The translations under genes and the position numbers were made by a program. 64,000 nt of DNA from Kiritimatiellia bacterium (GTDB taxonomy: Bacteria; Verrucomicrobiota; Kiritimatiellia; JAAZAB01). Below, one piece after another: positions 1-8,820 of this stretch. A model generated the notes under the pieces. The model had not been told where the DNA came from, searched no databases, and was given only the letters and a program-made list of their open reading frames with translations. Every line of letters begins with the position of its first letter. The stretch's first letter is position 1. The stretch covers positions 313,918 through 377,917 of the forward strand of contig JAXGPF010000004.1 of assembly GCA_040767085.1 (NCBI GenBank), read 5' to 3'.

Positions 1-198
1 GGCATATCCCAGATACAGCGCCCAGCTTTGAGAAGTGCAGTCAATGTAATCTTTGCCCGCGGCATCCCAGACGCGCACGCCCTTGCCCCGCACCAACACC
101 GGCCCGCCGCGGGTGCCGCCGCCCAGCATGACGTGCCGGGCGCACTCCTCCATCTGGCTGGCATCCAAACTGTAGATTTCCTGCAGCAATGCATCCAT
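1..198 (-). CDS. Class III aminotransferase, N-terminal part (runs off the window edge)
   Basis: Manual translation MDALLQEIY...PVLVRGKGVRVWDAAGKDYIDCTSQSWALYLGYA matches the typical 'RGxGxxxWDxxGxxYID...LG' start of class III PLP aminotransferases. GGAGG RBS upstream of the ATG at 198. Not in the ORF track. Confidence 0.8.
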   Translation of the reverse strand, partial: MDALLQEIYSLDASQMEECARHVMLGGGTRGGPVLVRGKGVRVWDAAGKDYIDCTSQSWALYLGYA

Positions 199-299
199 GT
201 TTTCCTCCCGCGGCTATATGCTTATCGGTTAACGGCGCCAATATAGCCTCGGCGCAGCGGGAAACACAACCGCGAATATCTACAAAGATTGATCGGAAT

Positions 300-1346
300 C
301 TACACTCGCCGGCCCGGCCCCTGCCGGGCCGGCGGCCGGGAGCCGCGGATCTCTCCCCCGGCGCGCTGAACCGAATCGCGGTAAACCGTCGGCGACATGC
401 CGTACACCTGGCGGAAGATACGGTCAAACGACGCATTGCTGCCGAAGCCGCAGGCAGCAATGATTTCCTTGATGCTGAGCGCGGGATTCTTCAGCAGGCT
501 TTGCGCCTGGCCCAGGCGCACTTCATGCAGGTAGTGCTTGAAAGAGATCCCCAGGGTCCGGGTGAACAGCGCGGAAAGATAATTCGGCGTGATGCCCAAT
601 TCCGCCGCCAGCCCCCCGACGGAAAGCGGCCGGTGGTAATCCTGGCGGATACGCGCCAGGGCCGACGCCAGTACCCGGCTGGAATGTTCCGCCGGCGCCC
701 GGCGCAGCACCATCACCGTCCGATAGCACAAATACAGCAGCAACTCGCGGAGGGTGTCCAGGTCGAAAGCCTGGTCCTGACGCAGGGCGCTCCAGGCCGG
801 CGCGCCGCCCATGGGAATGGTTACAATGCGTTTGCGGTAAAAATAACGCAGCGGCTGGCCCGCCGCTGCCGGGGCGAAGCCGGTCCAACTCACCGCGTAA
901 TGGGCCTCATACAGCAAAAACCACAGCAAGCCGTAACCGGCGTCGGCGCGGCTGTAGGCATCCACGTGGGGCTGGTACGGCGGAACGAAGATCACATCGC
1001 CGGCCTGGCAGGGATAAACGCGGTCCTGGATCAGGAACCGGCATGCGCCCTGCAAGACCAGCGCCACTTCGATATGCGCATGCATGTGCTGGGTGTCGTA
1101 GCCGTAACGCGTGCGCAGCCGCCGGACATGCAGGCTGCGGCGGCCGAAGAGATTCAGGCACCGTTCGCGCCGTAAACCGGCAACAATGGGCAGCGCCTGG
1201 TCAAACAGCGCCGCCACCAACTGCCGGAGGAAACCGCGGTCGAACTCGCTCTGAATTTCCACGCCCGGCCGATACTGGCTGACCGTCAGTTGATCGCCAT
1301 ACCGGCAGGCGGACTTGTTGGCATGAAGGTGCATATTGACAGTCAC
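300..1346 (-). CDS. AraC family transcriptional regulator (cupin plus HTH)
   Basis: Cupin HxHxE motif (HMHAHIE) and C-terminal AraC HTH (LAAELGITPNYLS...IKEIIAACGFGSNASFDRIFRQVYGMSPTVYR). Start uncertain. Confidence 0.9.
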   Translation of the reverse strand: MTVNMHLHANKSACRYGDQLTVSQYRPGVEIQSEFDRGFLRQLVAALFDQALPIVAGLRRERCLNLFGRRSLHVRRLRTRYGYDTQHMHAHIEVALVLQGACRFLIQDRVYPCQAGDVIFVPPYQPHVDAYSRADAGYGLLWFLLYEAHYAVSWTGFAPAAAGQPLRYFYRKRIVTIPMGGAPAWSALRQDQAFDLDTLRELLLYLCYRTVMVLRRAPAEHSSRVLASALARIRQDYHRPLSVGGLAAELGITPNYLSALFTRTLGISFKHYLHEVRLGQAQSLLKNPALSIKEIIAACGFGSNASFDRIFRQVYGMSPTVYRDSVQRAGGEIRGSRPPARQGPGRRV

Positions 1347-1595
1347 ATTCGCTCCCGGACAGCCTGCCGGGCGCGGGACATGCGATCGCGCTTATCCAGC
1401 AAATCCGCGCAGAATTTCACGGTGGCATCATAAACAATCTGGGCTTTTTGAAAGGAAAGCAGCTCCTGGTAGCCGCCAGGCGGAGGTATGATGTTGACGG
1501 TCATGCTGTTCCTGAAACGGTAATTGACGCAAAAACAAAAACGACATAAGGCTTTCCGCCCTTACGTCATTTCCGTCTCTTCCATGAATCACCAT

Positions 1596-1793
1596 CTGCG
1601 CCACGCGTAGCCCAACGGGCGAATTGAAAACCAGTTCCCATGGGCGCAGAAGAGCCGTGAAAACATTATACATTGCAAACTCTTTCGAGAAGCCCATGCT
1701 TCGTTGACCTGTGGTCAACTACGCAGGGCACGCTTCGCCCTCTGGCCTCCGCCGTGGCTGCGCCACGCGTAGCCCAACGGGCGAAGCGTGGCG
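1596..1793. repeat. Cluster of REP-like hairpins with GTA/GAA internal loops, including a 28-bp direct repeat (1596-1623 and 1758-1785)
   Basis: ctgcgccacgcgtagcccaacgggcgaa occurs twice. Hairpins at 1692-1729 and 1761-1793 share the architecture stem-GTA-stem-loop-stem-GAA-stem in opposite orientations. Confidence 0.75.
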
Positions 1794-1876
1794 GAAGGGG
1801 TGGGAGTCGAACCCACGGTCCCCGAGAGGACGCCGGTTTTCAAGACCGGTGCTTTAGACCACTCAGCCACCCTTCC
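1789..1876 (-). tRNA. tRNA-Ser (anticodon TGA)
   Basis: Reverse complement GGAAGGGTGGCTGAGTGGTCTAAAGCACCGGTC-TTGAAA-ACCGGCGTCCTCTCGGGGACCGTGGGTTCGACTCCCACCCCTTCCGCCA folds as a cloverleaf with a long variable arm, TTCGA T-loop and encoded CCA. Confidence 0.97.
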
Positions 1877-2056
1877 CTCTCCCGCAAAATTTTTATTTCC
1901 CGCGTGACTTTTCCGTCTGCAAATTGCACAATCAGCATTCAAAAGGAAGCGGAATTTCCGGGGACGCCCGGCGCGGCAAGCCCGCGCGGTGTTGGAATCG
2001 CCGGCAAACCGGCGCCGCAAGCGCCCAGCCGCAGCCACAAGCAAGGAAAGGATAAC

Positions 2057-2752
2057 ATGAGCTTGAATATTGTGCAACAAATTGATGACCGTGTCGCCGT
2101 GCGCAACGTGCTGATCAGCGCCTGGGACAAGACCGGGCTCGAAGACCTGGCGCGGAACCTGGCGGAGATCAATCCCGGCCTGAAAATTTATTCCACCGGC
2201 GGCACCTTTAAAGCCCTGCAGACGGCCCTGGGCCCGGATCGCGCCGCGCGCAACCTGGCCCAGGTATCCGCTTACACCGGCCAGCCGGAAATGCAGGGCG
2301 GTTTGGTGAAAACCCTGGATTTCAAAATTTACCTCGGGCTGCTGAGCGAAACCTACAATCCGGACCATGCCCGCGACTTGCAGCGCCTCCAGGCCCTGGC
2401 GATTGACATGGTGGTGGTGAACCTCTACCCGTTCGCCCGCGTGGTCGCCGAGCCCGGCGCCACGCCGGAACAGGCGCGCACGCATATCGATATCGGCGGC
2501 CCTTGCATGATCCGCGCCGCCGCCAAGAATTTCCTGCGGGTGGCCGCCGTCACGCAACCCGGCGACTATGGGCCCATCATCCAGGAATTGCGGGAGAATC
2601 GCGGCGCCATCGGATTACAAACGCGCTTTGAACTGGCGCGCAAGGCCTTTGCGCACACGGCGGAATACGACCGCCACATCGCCGGGTACCTCCAGCAATG
2701 CGCATTCGAGCAGGTCAAGGCGGGGTACCGATGCGGCAATGGCGGCAACTAA
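2057..2752 (+). CDS. purH: PurH N-terminal half (MGS-like IMP cyclohydrolase domain)
   Basis: Motifs LISAWDKTGL, YSTGGT, YTGQPEMQGGLVKTL, VVVNLYPF, IDIGGPCMIRAAAKN, AFAHTAEYD. AAGGA RBS before ATG 2057. Confidence 0.9.
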   Translation: MSLNIVQQIDDRVAVRNVLISAWDKTGLEDLARNLAEINPGLKIYSTGGTFKALQTALGPDRAARNLAQVSAYTGQPEMQGGLVKTLDFKIYLGLLSETYNPDHARDLQRLQALAIDMVVVNLYPFARVVAEPGATPEQARTHIDIGGPCMIRAAAKNFLRVAAVTQPGDYGPIIQELRENRGAIGLQTRFELARKAFAHTAEYDRHIAGYLQQCAFEQVKAGYRCGNGGN

Positions 2753-2867
2753 AAGACCTGCATCACGGATTCAGGGGAAAATGCCGTCAGCAAATCGCGC
2801 CGCGTTCGCGGCGCAACGGATTTAAACAGCCGGCCCTTGCCGGCATGAACATATAAGGAAATAAACC

Positions 2868-4121
2868 ATGAGCGCTCCGGATTACAAAAAAGCCTACAAA
2901 ACCATCATGGACGACCATTTCACGCCGCAACTGGAAATCAGTTTCATCCAGGACGGCCAGCGCCAGACGCTTTATTACGAGAAAGCCGTCTGGCGGATTG
3001 ACGGCGTGGAAAAAGGACTGCGCTACGGCGAGAACCCCGGCCAGGAAGCCGCGCTCTACCGCCTGGTCAACGGCAACCTCGCCCTGGGCACAGTCCAGTC
3101 CATCCAGCCCGGTCGTTACCTGGCGTCTGACGCCGAACTGCTGCAATCGGGCAAACATCCCGGCAAGACCAATCTGACCGACGTGGACAGCGCCTTGAAT
3201 ATTCTGCGTTACCTGATGGACGCGCCCTGCGTGGCAATCGTCAAGCACAACAATCCCTGCGGCGTGGCGCGCGCCGGCACCCTGGCGGAAGCCTATCAGC
3301 GCGCCAATGCCGCCGACATGGTAGCCGCCTTCGGGGGCGCGATTGTGGCCAACCGCCCCATGGACCGCGACACGGCCGAGCTGATCGCCCAGCAATACGC
3401 CGAGGTGGTCGCGGCCCCGGAATTCGGACCGGGCGTCCTGGAAATCTTCGCGCGGAAGAAAAACCTGCGGGTCATGCGCGTAGCCAACATCGGCCGGCTG
3501 GCGGAATATGTTGGCGCGCGCGTGGTGGATTTCCGGGCGTTGATGGACGGCGGCCTCGTGGCGCAATGGTCATTCCAGCCCGTCACCCGCGCGCCGGCCC
3601 AGTTCCTGCCTGCAACGGCCACATATAAGGGCAAGGAATATAAAATCAACCGGCAACCCACGGAGCAGGAAGCCGCCGACCTGGTATTCGGCTGGCTGAT
3701 CGAATGCGGCGTCACCAGCAACTCGGTGATCTATGTCAAAAACGGGGTGACCGTCGGCATCGGCACCGGCGAGCAGGACCGCGTGGGCGTGGCTGAAATT
3801 GCCCGGGACAAAGCCTACCGCAAGCTGGCCGACCGGCTGTGCCGCGAAAAATCCGGCATGCCGTACAATAACCTGCAGGATGCCGGGCAGCGCCGGGAGA
3901 TTGACGCCGAAACCGCGCGGCAGCGCGGAGGGCTGCCGGGCGCCTGCATGGTGTCAGACGCCTTTTTCCCGTTCCGCGACGGCGTGGATGTGGGCTTACG
4001 CGAAGGCATCACCGCCGTCATCCAGCCCGGCGGCTCGGAGCGTGATTTCGAATCCATCGAGGCCTGCAACGAAGCCAACGCCGCCATGGTCTTCACCGGT
4101 CAGCGTTGTTTCCGACATTAA
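2868..4121 (+). CDS. purH: PurH C-terminal half (AICAR transformylase)
   Basis: Motifs LRYGENPGQ, KHNNPCG, AFGG, EVVAAP, SNS, GIGTGEQDRV, SDAFFPFRDG, IQPGGS, MVFTGQRCFRH. Confidence 0.93.
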   Translation: MSAPDYKKAYKTIMDDHFTPQLEISFIQDGQRQTLYYEKAVWRIDGVEKGLRYGENPGQEAALYRLVNGNLALGTVQSIQPGRYLASDAELLQSGKHPGKTNLTDVDSALNILRYLMDAPCVAIVKHNNPCGVARAGTLAEAYQRANAADMVAAFGGAIVANRPMDRDTAELIAQQYAEVVAAPEFGPGVLEIFARKKNLRVMRVANIGRLAEYVGARVVDFRALMDGGLVAQWSFQPVTRAPAQFLPATATYKGKEYKINRQPTEQEAADLVFGWLIECGVTSNSVIYVKNGVTVGIGTGEQDRVGVAEIARDKAYRKLADRLCREKSGMPYNNLQDAGQRREIDAETARQRGGLPGACMVSDAFFPFRDGVDVGLREGITAVIQPGGSERDFESIEACNEANAAMVFTGQRCFRH

Positions 4122-4171
4122 TTATTGCTTGTCCCGCCCTGGAATTTCTATATTATTTTGATGCCAGCAAT

Positions 4172-4786
4172 ATGAGCATACACCAGAAAATCCGGACCGC
4201 GCTTTGCGTTTTGATCCCGGGCAGCTTGATCATGCTGCAGGGTTGCTGCTGCTTCGGCGGGCGCAAGTCCGCCGAAACCGTCAAGTATGAGGCCCACCCC
4301 CGGATTTCGCTGACACCGGAATGCCGGCAAATCAAGAAAGTGAGCGTCATGCCCTTCCGCGCCGCTACGGCAATTGCCGGCGAATCCGTCGCCGACATGT
4401 TCGTCACGGAAATCATCAAGGAACAGATTTACGAAGTGGTTGAGCGCAGTCAGATTGACAAGGTGCTCAGCGAAAGCGAGGTGGCGCTGGCGGGCCTCAC
4501 CAGTTCCAAGGCCGCGGAAATGGGCTCGATGCTGGGCGCGGACGCCGTGATCATCGGCACGGTGGATGAATACAGCATGATGCCGTCCAAGGACATGCAT
4601 TTCGCCGTCGTCGGGATCAATGCCCGGATGATTGACTGTAAATCCGGCAAGATTTTATGGAGCATTGACCTGGCCCAGCGCGCGGGCTCCACGTCCGTCA
4701 CCGTGCCGGAGCATGCCCGCGCGGTCGTGCGGGCCATGATCGAGGCGCTCCGCGCGGAATTGGCCAAAACCATGGGCGCATATTGA
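4172..4786 (+). CDS. CsgG/HfaB-like lipoprotein
   Basis: Lipobox-like LQGC and CsgG-type core YEVVERSQIDKVLSE...MGSMLGADAVIIGTV...ARMIDCKSGKILW. Confidence 0.75.
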   Translation: MSIHQKIRTALCVLIPGSLIMLQGCCCFGGRKSAETVKYEAHPRISLTPECRQIKKVSVMPFRAATAIAGESVADMFVTEIIKEQIYEVVERSQIDKVLSESEVALAGLTSSKAAEMGSMLGADAVIIGTVDEYSMMPSKDMHFAVVGINARMIDCKSGKILWSIDLAQRAGSTSVTVPEHARAVVRAMIEALRAELAKTMGAY

Positions 4787-5937
4787 AAAACCGGCTCGCC
4801 AGCACGACATGGTCTGCTGTCCGCCTGACGCTATGGCCGCTGGTCCCGCTGCTGGCGGTAATGGCCGCCGGCTGCGCCACCGCGCCGCCGCTGCCCGCCG
4901 CCAAGCCCGCCGCGGAACCGCTCCGCACTACGCCGCCGCCCCGGGTCATCGTCCTGCTGAATGAAAAGGACGCCGGCGGCGCGGCCGCCGCGGAAGCGGA
5001 GTCGGCCGCCGTCAATTACCTGGTCGCCCATAACATCCCCGTGGTGGACCGGGCGGTCGTGCAGTCCAACCAGGAGAAAATCCAGGCGCTGCTGGCGCTG
5101 GCGGGCGACGACCAGGGCGCCGCCGCCATCGGCATGCAGTTCGGCGCCGATGTCATTCTCCGCGGCGAGGCGGAAGCCCGGCAGACCGCGGCCGGCATCC
5201 GCGGGAGCAAGTTGAACAGTTACCAGGGCAAGCTGGATCTCCGGGCGATTGACGCGGATGACGGGCAGATTCTTGCCGCCGCCGCCGCCGCCGTGCCGGC
5301 AATCGCCATGGACGCGGTCAATGGCTCCGCCCAGGCCTTGCAGTCCGCCGCCGCGCGCGCCCTGCCCGAGTTGCTGCCGAAACTGCTCGCGGCCTGGGAC
5401 ACCAAGGCTGAAAACAAGGTCCGGCATCCGGGCCGGACCGGCATGTCGCTCTCCGCGGCATTGCGCCCGGCCGATGCCGATTCCGCCGCGGTGGAACTGC
5501 CCAAGCCGCCCCGCGGGCGCAAAACGCCGGTGGCAGCCATCTGGCGGCTGACCGCCCAGACGGGCGCGCAGCCGGAATGGATGGAGCCGCTGACGGAAAC
5601 GCTGTACGCGGTGCTGTCGCAAAGCGGCTGGTTCCGCCTGGTCACCCGGGAGGACATGGAAAAAATCATGGCCGAGCATAACATCCAGCTCAGCGACATC
5701 TGCGACACCACCGAACGGGCGATCGAATTAGGCAAAATCCTGAGCGCGCAGAAAATGCTGATCGGGACCGTCAGCAAACTGGGCGGCACCTACCAGGCGG
5801 TGGTCAAACTGGTGGACGTCGAAACCGGCGAAATTGAAAGCGTCGGCCAGGCGGATGCCAAGGGCACGATGGATGTCCTCTTTCAACTGGTGCGCCAGGC
5901 CAGCGCCGATCTTCTGGAACACGCGGGGCAGCGGTAA
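4783..5937 (+). CDS. Lipoprotein with two CsgG/TolB-N-like domains
   Basis: Lipobox MAAGC. First domain GMQFGADVILRG...LRAIDADDGQIL; second domain FRLVTREDMEKIMAE...ELGKILSAQKMLIGTVSKLG..KLVDVETGEI. Confidence 0.72.
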   Translation: MKNRLASTTWSAVRLTLWPLVPLLAVMAAGCATAPPLPAAKPAAEPLRTTPPPRVIVLLNEKDAGGAAAAEAESAAVNYLVAHNIPVVDRAVVQSNQEKIQALLALAGDDQGAAAIGMQFGADVILRGEAEARQTAAGIRGSKLNSYQGKLDLRAIDADDGQILAAAAAAVPAIAMDAVNGSAQALQSAAARALPELLPKLLAAWDTKAENKVRHPGRTGMSLSAALRPADADSAAVELPKPPRGRKTPVAAIWRLTAQTGAQPEWMEPLTETLYAVLSQSGWFRLVTREDMEKIMAEHNIQLSDICDTTERAIELGKILSAQKMLIGTVSKLGGTYQAVVKLVDVETGEIESVGQADAKGTMDVLFQLVRQASADLLEHAGQR

Positions 5938-6054
5938 GAATTTTGCTTGCGTTGGCGGCCGGCGGCGTTAAACTGTAAACATCTTAAGGATGCCCATTTG
6001 CCAGCACAACGGTTTGGACGATCGCAATTCAACCCCGAGGACAGGAGAACGGTC

Positions 6055-7146
6055 ATGCAAAAGTCAGCGCGGGCGGTGTTGTGGGCGGCGGTATTGGCGG
6101 CCGCGGGCGCCTGGGCCCAGGACAAGGAGCAGGTAACGGTCATCCGGCAGGGCGCCGGCGGCGAAGTGCAGATCATTTCCAAGGAACAAACTGCGCCGGC
6201 GGAAACGGCCCCCACGGACGCCGCGCGCGAAGCGGCGCGGGCCGTGGCCGCCGACGACACGCCGCGCAAGGCGCGCGTGATGGTGATCCCGGCGATTTTC
6301 GCCCAGGAGCAACGCCGGCGTGTGGACCGCGAGTTTTTCGAGCGGTTCAACATCACCGATCCGGGTGTAATTGAAAACCCGGGGTACACCAGTTACCTGA
6401 TTGACGCGCTGGTGAATGTCCGCAAATTCGACATGCTGGAGCGCGAGGAACTGCGGCAGGTGGTCAAGGAACTGGATTTCGGGGAAAGCGACTACGTGGA
6501 TGTGGAAAAAGTCGTTAAAATCGGCAACATGGTCGGCGCGGACTACATGATCATCCCCACCATCCGCTACCTGGAAGTTGACCGCGAAACCAAAAACGTG
6601 CCGTATGTCGGCGGCCAGCAAATCGCCATCCGCTGCAAATTCGCCACCAACGTGCGCACGGTGGACGTGGCCTCCGGCAAGATCATCGCCTCCGGCGTGC
6701 GCGAAGTGGAAAAGAAGAAACGCCAGCGGGCCCAGGACTCCCAGCGCATCCTCGTCATGGACACCGTGAGCGAGTGCTACAAGGAATCCGCCATGCTGGA
6801 TGCCGCCAAGATCGTGGATGTGGCCTACCCCATCCGCATCATGAGCATTGACGGCAAGACGGTCATGCTCAACCGGGGCCAGGGCGCGATCCTGCCGGGC
6901 GAAGTCCTGAAAGTTTATGCCGCCGGCGAAGTCATGATCGACCCTGACACCAAGGACAACCTGGGCTACCATGAAACTTACCTGGGCTCGGTCAAGGTCA
7001 CCGAAGTTGACTTGAAAACCAGCAAGGGCACAATTATTGACCAGCCCGGAACAATCGAGCGGTTGGCTATTTGCCGGCGCACCGAACAGCCTACACTGGC
7101 TGACCCGCGCCTGCAGCCGCCGACGGCGGCGCCCAAAATCGACTGA
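6055..7146 (+). CDS. Secreted CsgG-like protein with FlgT C-terminal-like domain
   Basis: Signal peptide ending AWA-QD; FDMLEREEL...IGNMVGADY; C-terminal VMLNRGQG...IDPDTKDNLG...GSVKVTEV. AGGAG RBS. Confidence 0.72.
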   Translation: MQKSARAVLWAAVLAAAGAWAQDKEQVTVIRQGAGGEVQIISKEQTAPAETAPTDAAREAARAVAADDTPRKARVMVIPAIFAQEQRRRVDREFFERFNITDPGVIENPGYTSYLIDALVNVRKFDMLEREELRQVVKELDFGESDYVDVEKVVKIGNMVGADYMIIPTIRYLEVDRETKNVPYVGGQQIAIRCKFATNVRTVDVASGKIIASGVREVEKKKRQRAQDSQRILVMDTVSECYKESAMLDAAKIVDVAYPIRIMSIDGKTVMLNRGQGAILPGEVLKVYAAGEVMIDPDTKDNLGYHETYLGSVKVTEVDLKTSKGTIIDQPGTIERLAICRRTEQPTLADPRLQPPTAAPKID

Positions 7147-7282
7147 GCCGGCAACCGGAGACTTGCGCCGGGCCCGGCCGCGCGGCGCCGCCTGTGCCCC
7201 GGCCGGCAAACATGCCTGGAACTGGAACCGGCTTAATGGCCGGGCCTTGGACCGGGCGGCCATCTGAAGGAAGGATGTTAAG

Positions 7283-7714
7283 ATGACGGCAAAATTATTG
7301 GGCATGATGGCGCTGGCATTCGCGCTGGCCGGGCTGGCCGGCGGCTGCCGCAACCCGGTGACCTCCGCCGGCGCCACGATGGAGAGCTACGCCGGCAACC
7401 AGGTCAAGGTCAACTCGCGGGTTTTCGGCAAGCATTTCCGCGTGGCCAACGTGGCGACAGCCAGGGGCCAGAACCAGTTGCTGAAGACCACCGTCACGCT
7501 GGAAAACCTCCAGCAATTTTCCATGGCTTTCGAATACCGGTTCCGCTGGGTGGACGCCGAAGGCATTGAAATCGCCACCGGCACAACGCTTTGGATTTCC
7601 AAGATCGCCGCGGCGCGCGAAATGGTGCTGATGACCGCCATCGCGCCCACGAAACTGGCGGAGGATTTTATTCTGGACGCCCGTTTTGTTTATCCCAGCA
7701 CGCGCTGGAAATGA
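7283..7714 (+). CDS. YcfL/DUF1425-like lipoprotein
   Basis: Lipobox LAGGC; FEYRFRWVDAEG and AIAPT motifs; lies directly upstream of an LpoB-like gene, as ycfL does. Confidence 0.75.
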   Translation: MTAKLLGMMALAFALAGLAGGCRNPVTSAGATMESYAGNQVKVNSRVFGKHFRVANVATARGQNQLLKTTVTLENLQQFSMAFEYRFRWVDAEGIEIATGTTLWISKIAAAREMVLMTAIAPTKLAEDFILDARFVYPSTRWK

Positions 7715-7760
7715 TACGGTCGCCGAGTATACGGCATTCAAGCGACAAGGAGCAATCAGC

Positions 7761-8393
7761 ATGCGGAAATCTATGTATTGGACGCGGGCGGCGGGCGGCC
7801 TGGCCGCGCTGGCGCTGTTAGCCGGCTGCCGGTCGGTGGACATACCCCGGACCGGTTACGTCTCGCCCGAGGAAGAAGGCGTCATGACCATCGCCCTGGA
7901 TGACCACGATTACGACCTGGCCGCCGAAGGCATCGCCCGCGAGATGTTCATGCGCGGACTGCCGAAAGATTATGTCGTCGTCCTGGGCCCGGTGGATACC
8001 CGCGAATGCCCCTATGACGTGCGGGTGATCCAACTGCAGAAATCGCTGCAAGTGATTTTTAACCGCGAAGGGACGTTAAAATTCCTGACAGCGGCGGACG
8101 CCATGGCCGGCGGCACGGCGGTGGATGAAATCTACAAGATCATTCAATACAACTGGCTGAACAGCAACCCCATGGACCTGGAGGATTTGCAAACCTTCGG
8201 TCAACTGGCCCGCATCAACGGTATTCTGTTCGGGCGCGTCTCATCCCTGGAACGCAACCTGCCGGGGGGCGGCCGAGAAATCAGCTACCGCTTTGTCTGG
8301 GAACTCACCAATACCAAAACCGGCGTGCTGGACATCTCCCATGAACAGCGCATCCGCAAAAACATATCACGGGACATGCTGCTGAGGCAATGA
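7761..8393 (+). CDS. LpoB-like lipoprotein (penicillin-binding protein activator family)
   Basis: Lipobox LLAGC; LDDHDYDLAAE; LFGRVSS...YRFVWELTNTKTG...EQRIRK C-terminus. AAGGAG RBS. Confidence 0.7.
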   Translation: MRKSMYWTRAAGGLAALALLAGCRSVDIPRTGYVSPEEEGVMTIALDDHDYDLAAEGIAREMFMRGLPKDYVVVLGPVDTRECPYDVRVIQLQKSLQVIFNREGTLKFLTAADAMAGGTAVDEIYKIIQYNWLNSNPMDLEDLQTFGQLARINGILFGRVSSLERNLPGGGREISYRFVWELTNTKTGVLDISHEQRIRKNISRDMLLRQ

Positions 8394-8810
8394 TGCTTAA
8401 ACGGTTTTTATTTTCCGCGGCTTTGTCGCTCGGCGCGGCGCTGGCCGGACTCACCGGCTGCCGCTCGCATTCCGGACCGCCGCCCGCCCCGCCGCCGGCC
8501 TGGACGCTTTCCCCTAAACCGGCTGACAGCGTTTACTGCTATTTTGTCGGGACTTCGACCGGCCAGTCCGCGCCCGCCGCGGCGCGCGAGGCCGCTTACC
8601 AGGACGCCTTGCGCCAGATATCCCGGCACATCGTCAGCGAGGCCGGCCTGGGTCTGGCCGCCTTGCCGCCGGGCGGCATCCTCCTGCCGCTGGAGGGAGC
8701 GGAGATCATGCCGGGCTGCTTCTATCAAAGGCGCTTACCGGGGGTATGTGCAGGTGAGTTTCCCGATCGCCGGGAAGCGCAAAGTTATCGAACGGCTGCG
8801 CCAGCCGTAA
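8390..8810 (+). pseudogene. LPP20-like lipoprotein with an apparent frameshift near 8725
   Basis: Lipobox LTGC; PPAW...YFVG...AREAAYQDAL. Similarity to the paralog at 11914 continues in another frame (GAYRGYVQVSFP..., stop 8810). Confidence 0.6.
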
Positions 8811-8820
8811 GGGGGTCAAA

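Noticed and set aside
1596-1785. CRISPR array or prophage att pair from the 28-bp direct repeat
   Set aside because: Only two copies 162 bp apart, no cas or integrase genes, and the repeat lies outside the tRNA sequence.
1673-2056. N-terminal extension of the purH ORF given in the ORF track
   Set aside because: It overlaps the tRNA-Ser on the opposite strand; the RBS and homology begin at ATG 2057.
4172-7146. Curli secretion or flagellar H-ring locus
   Set aside because: CsgG/FlgT-like folds are present, but there are no curlin, csgE/F or flagellar genes in the window, so specific gene names were not assigned.
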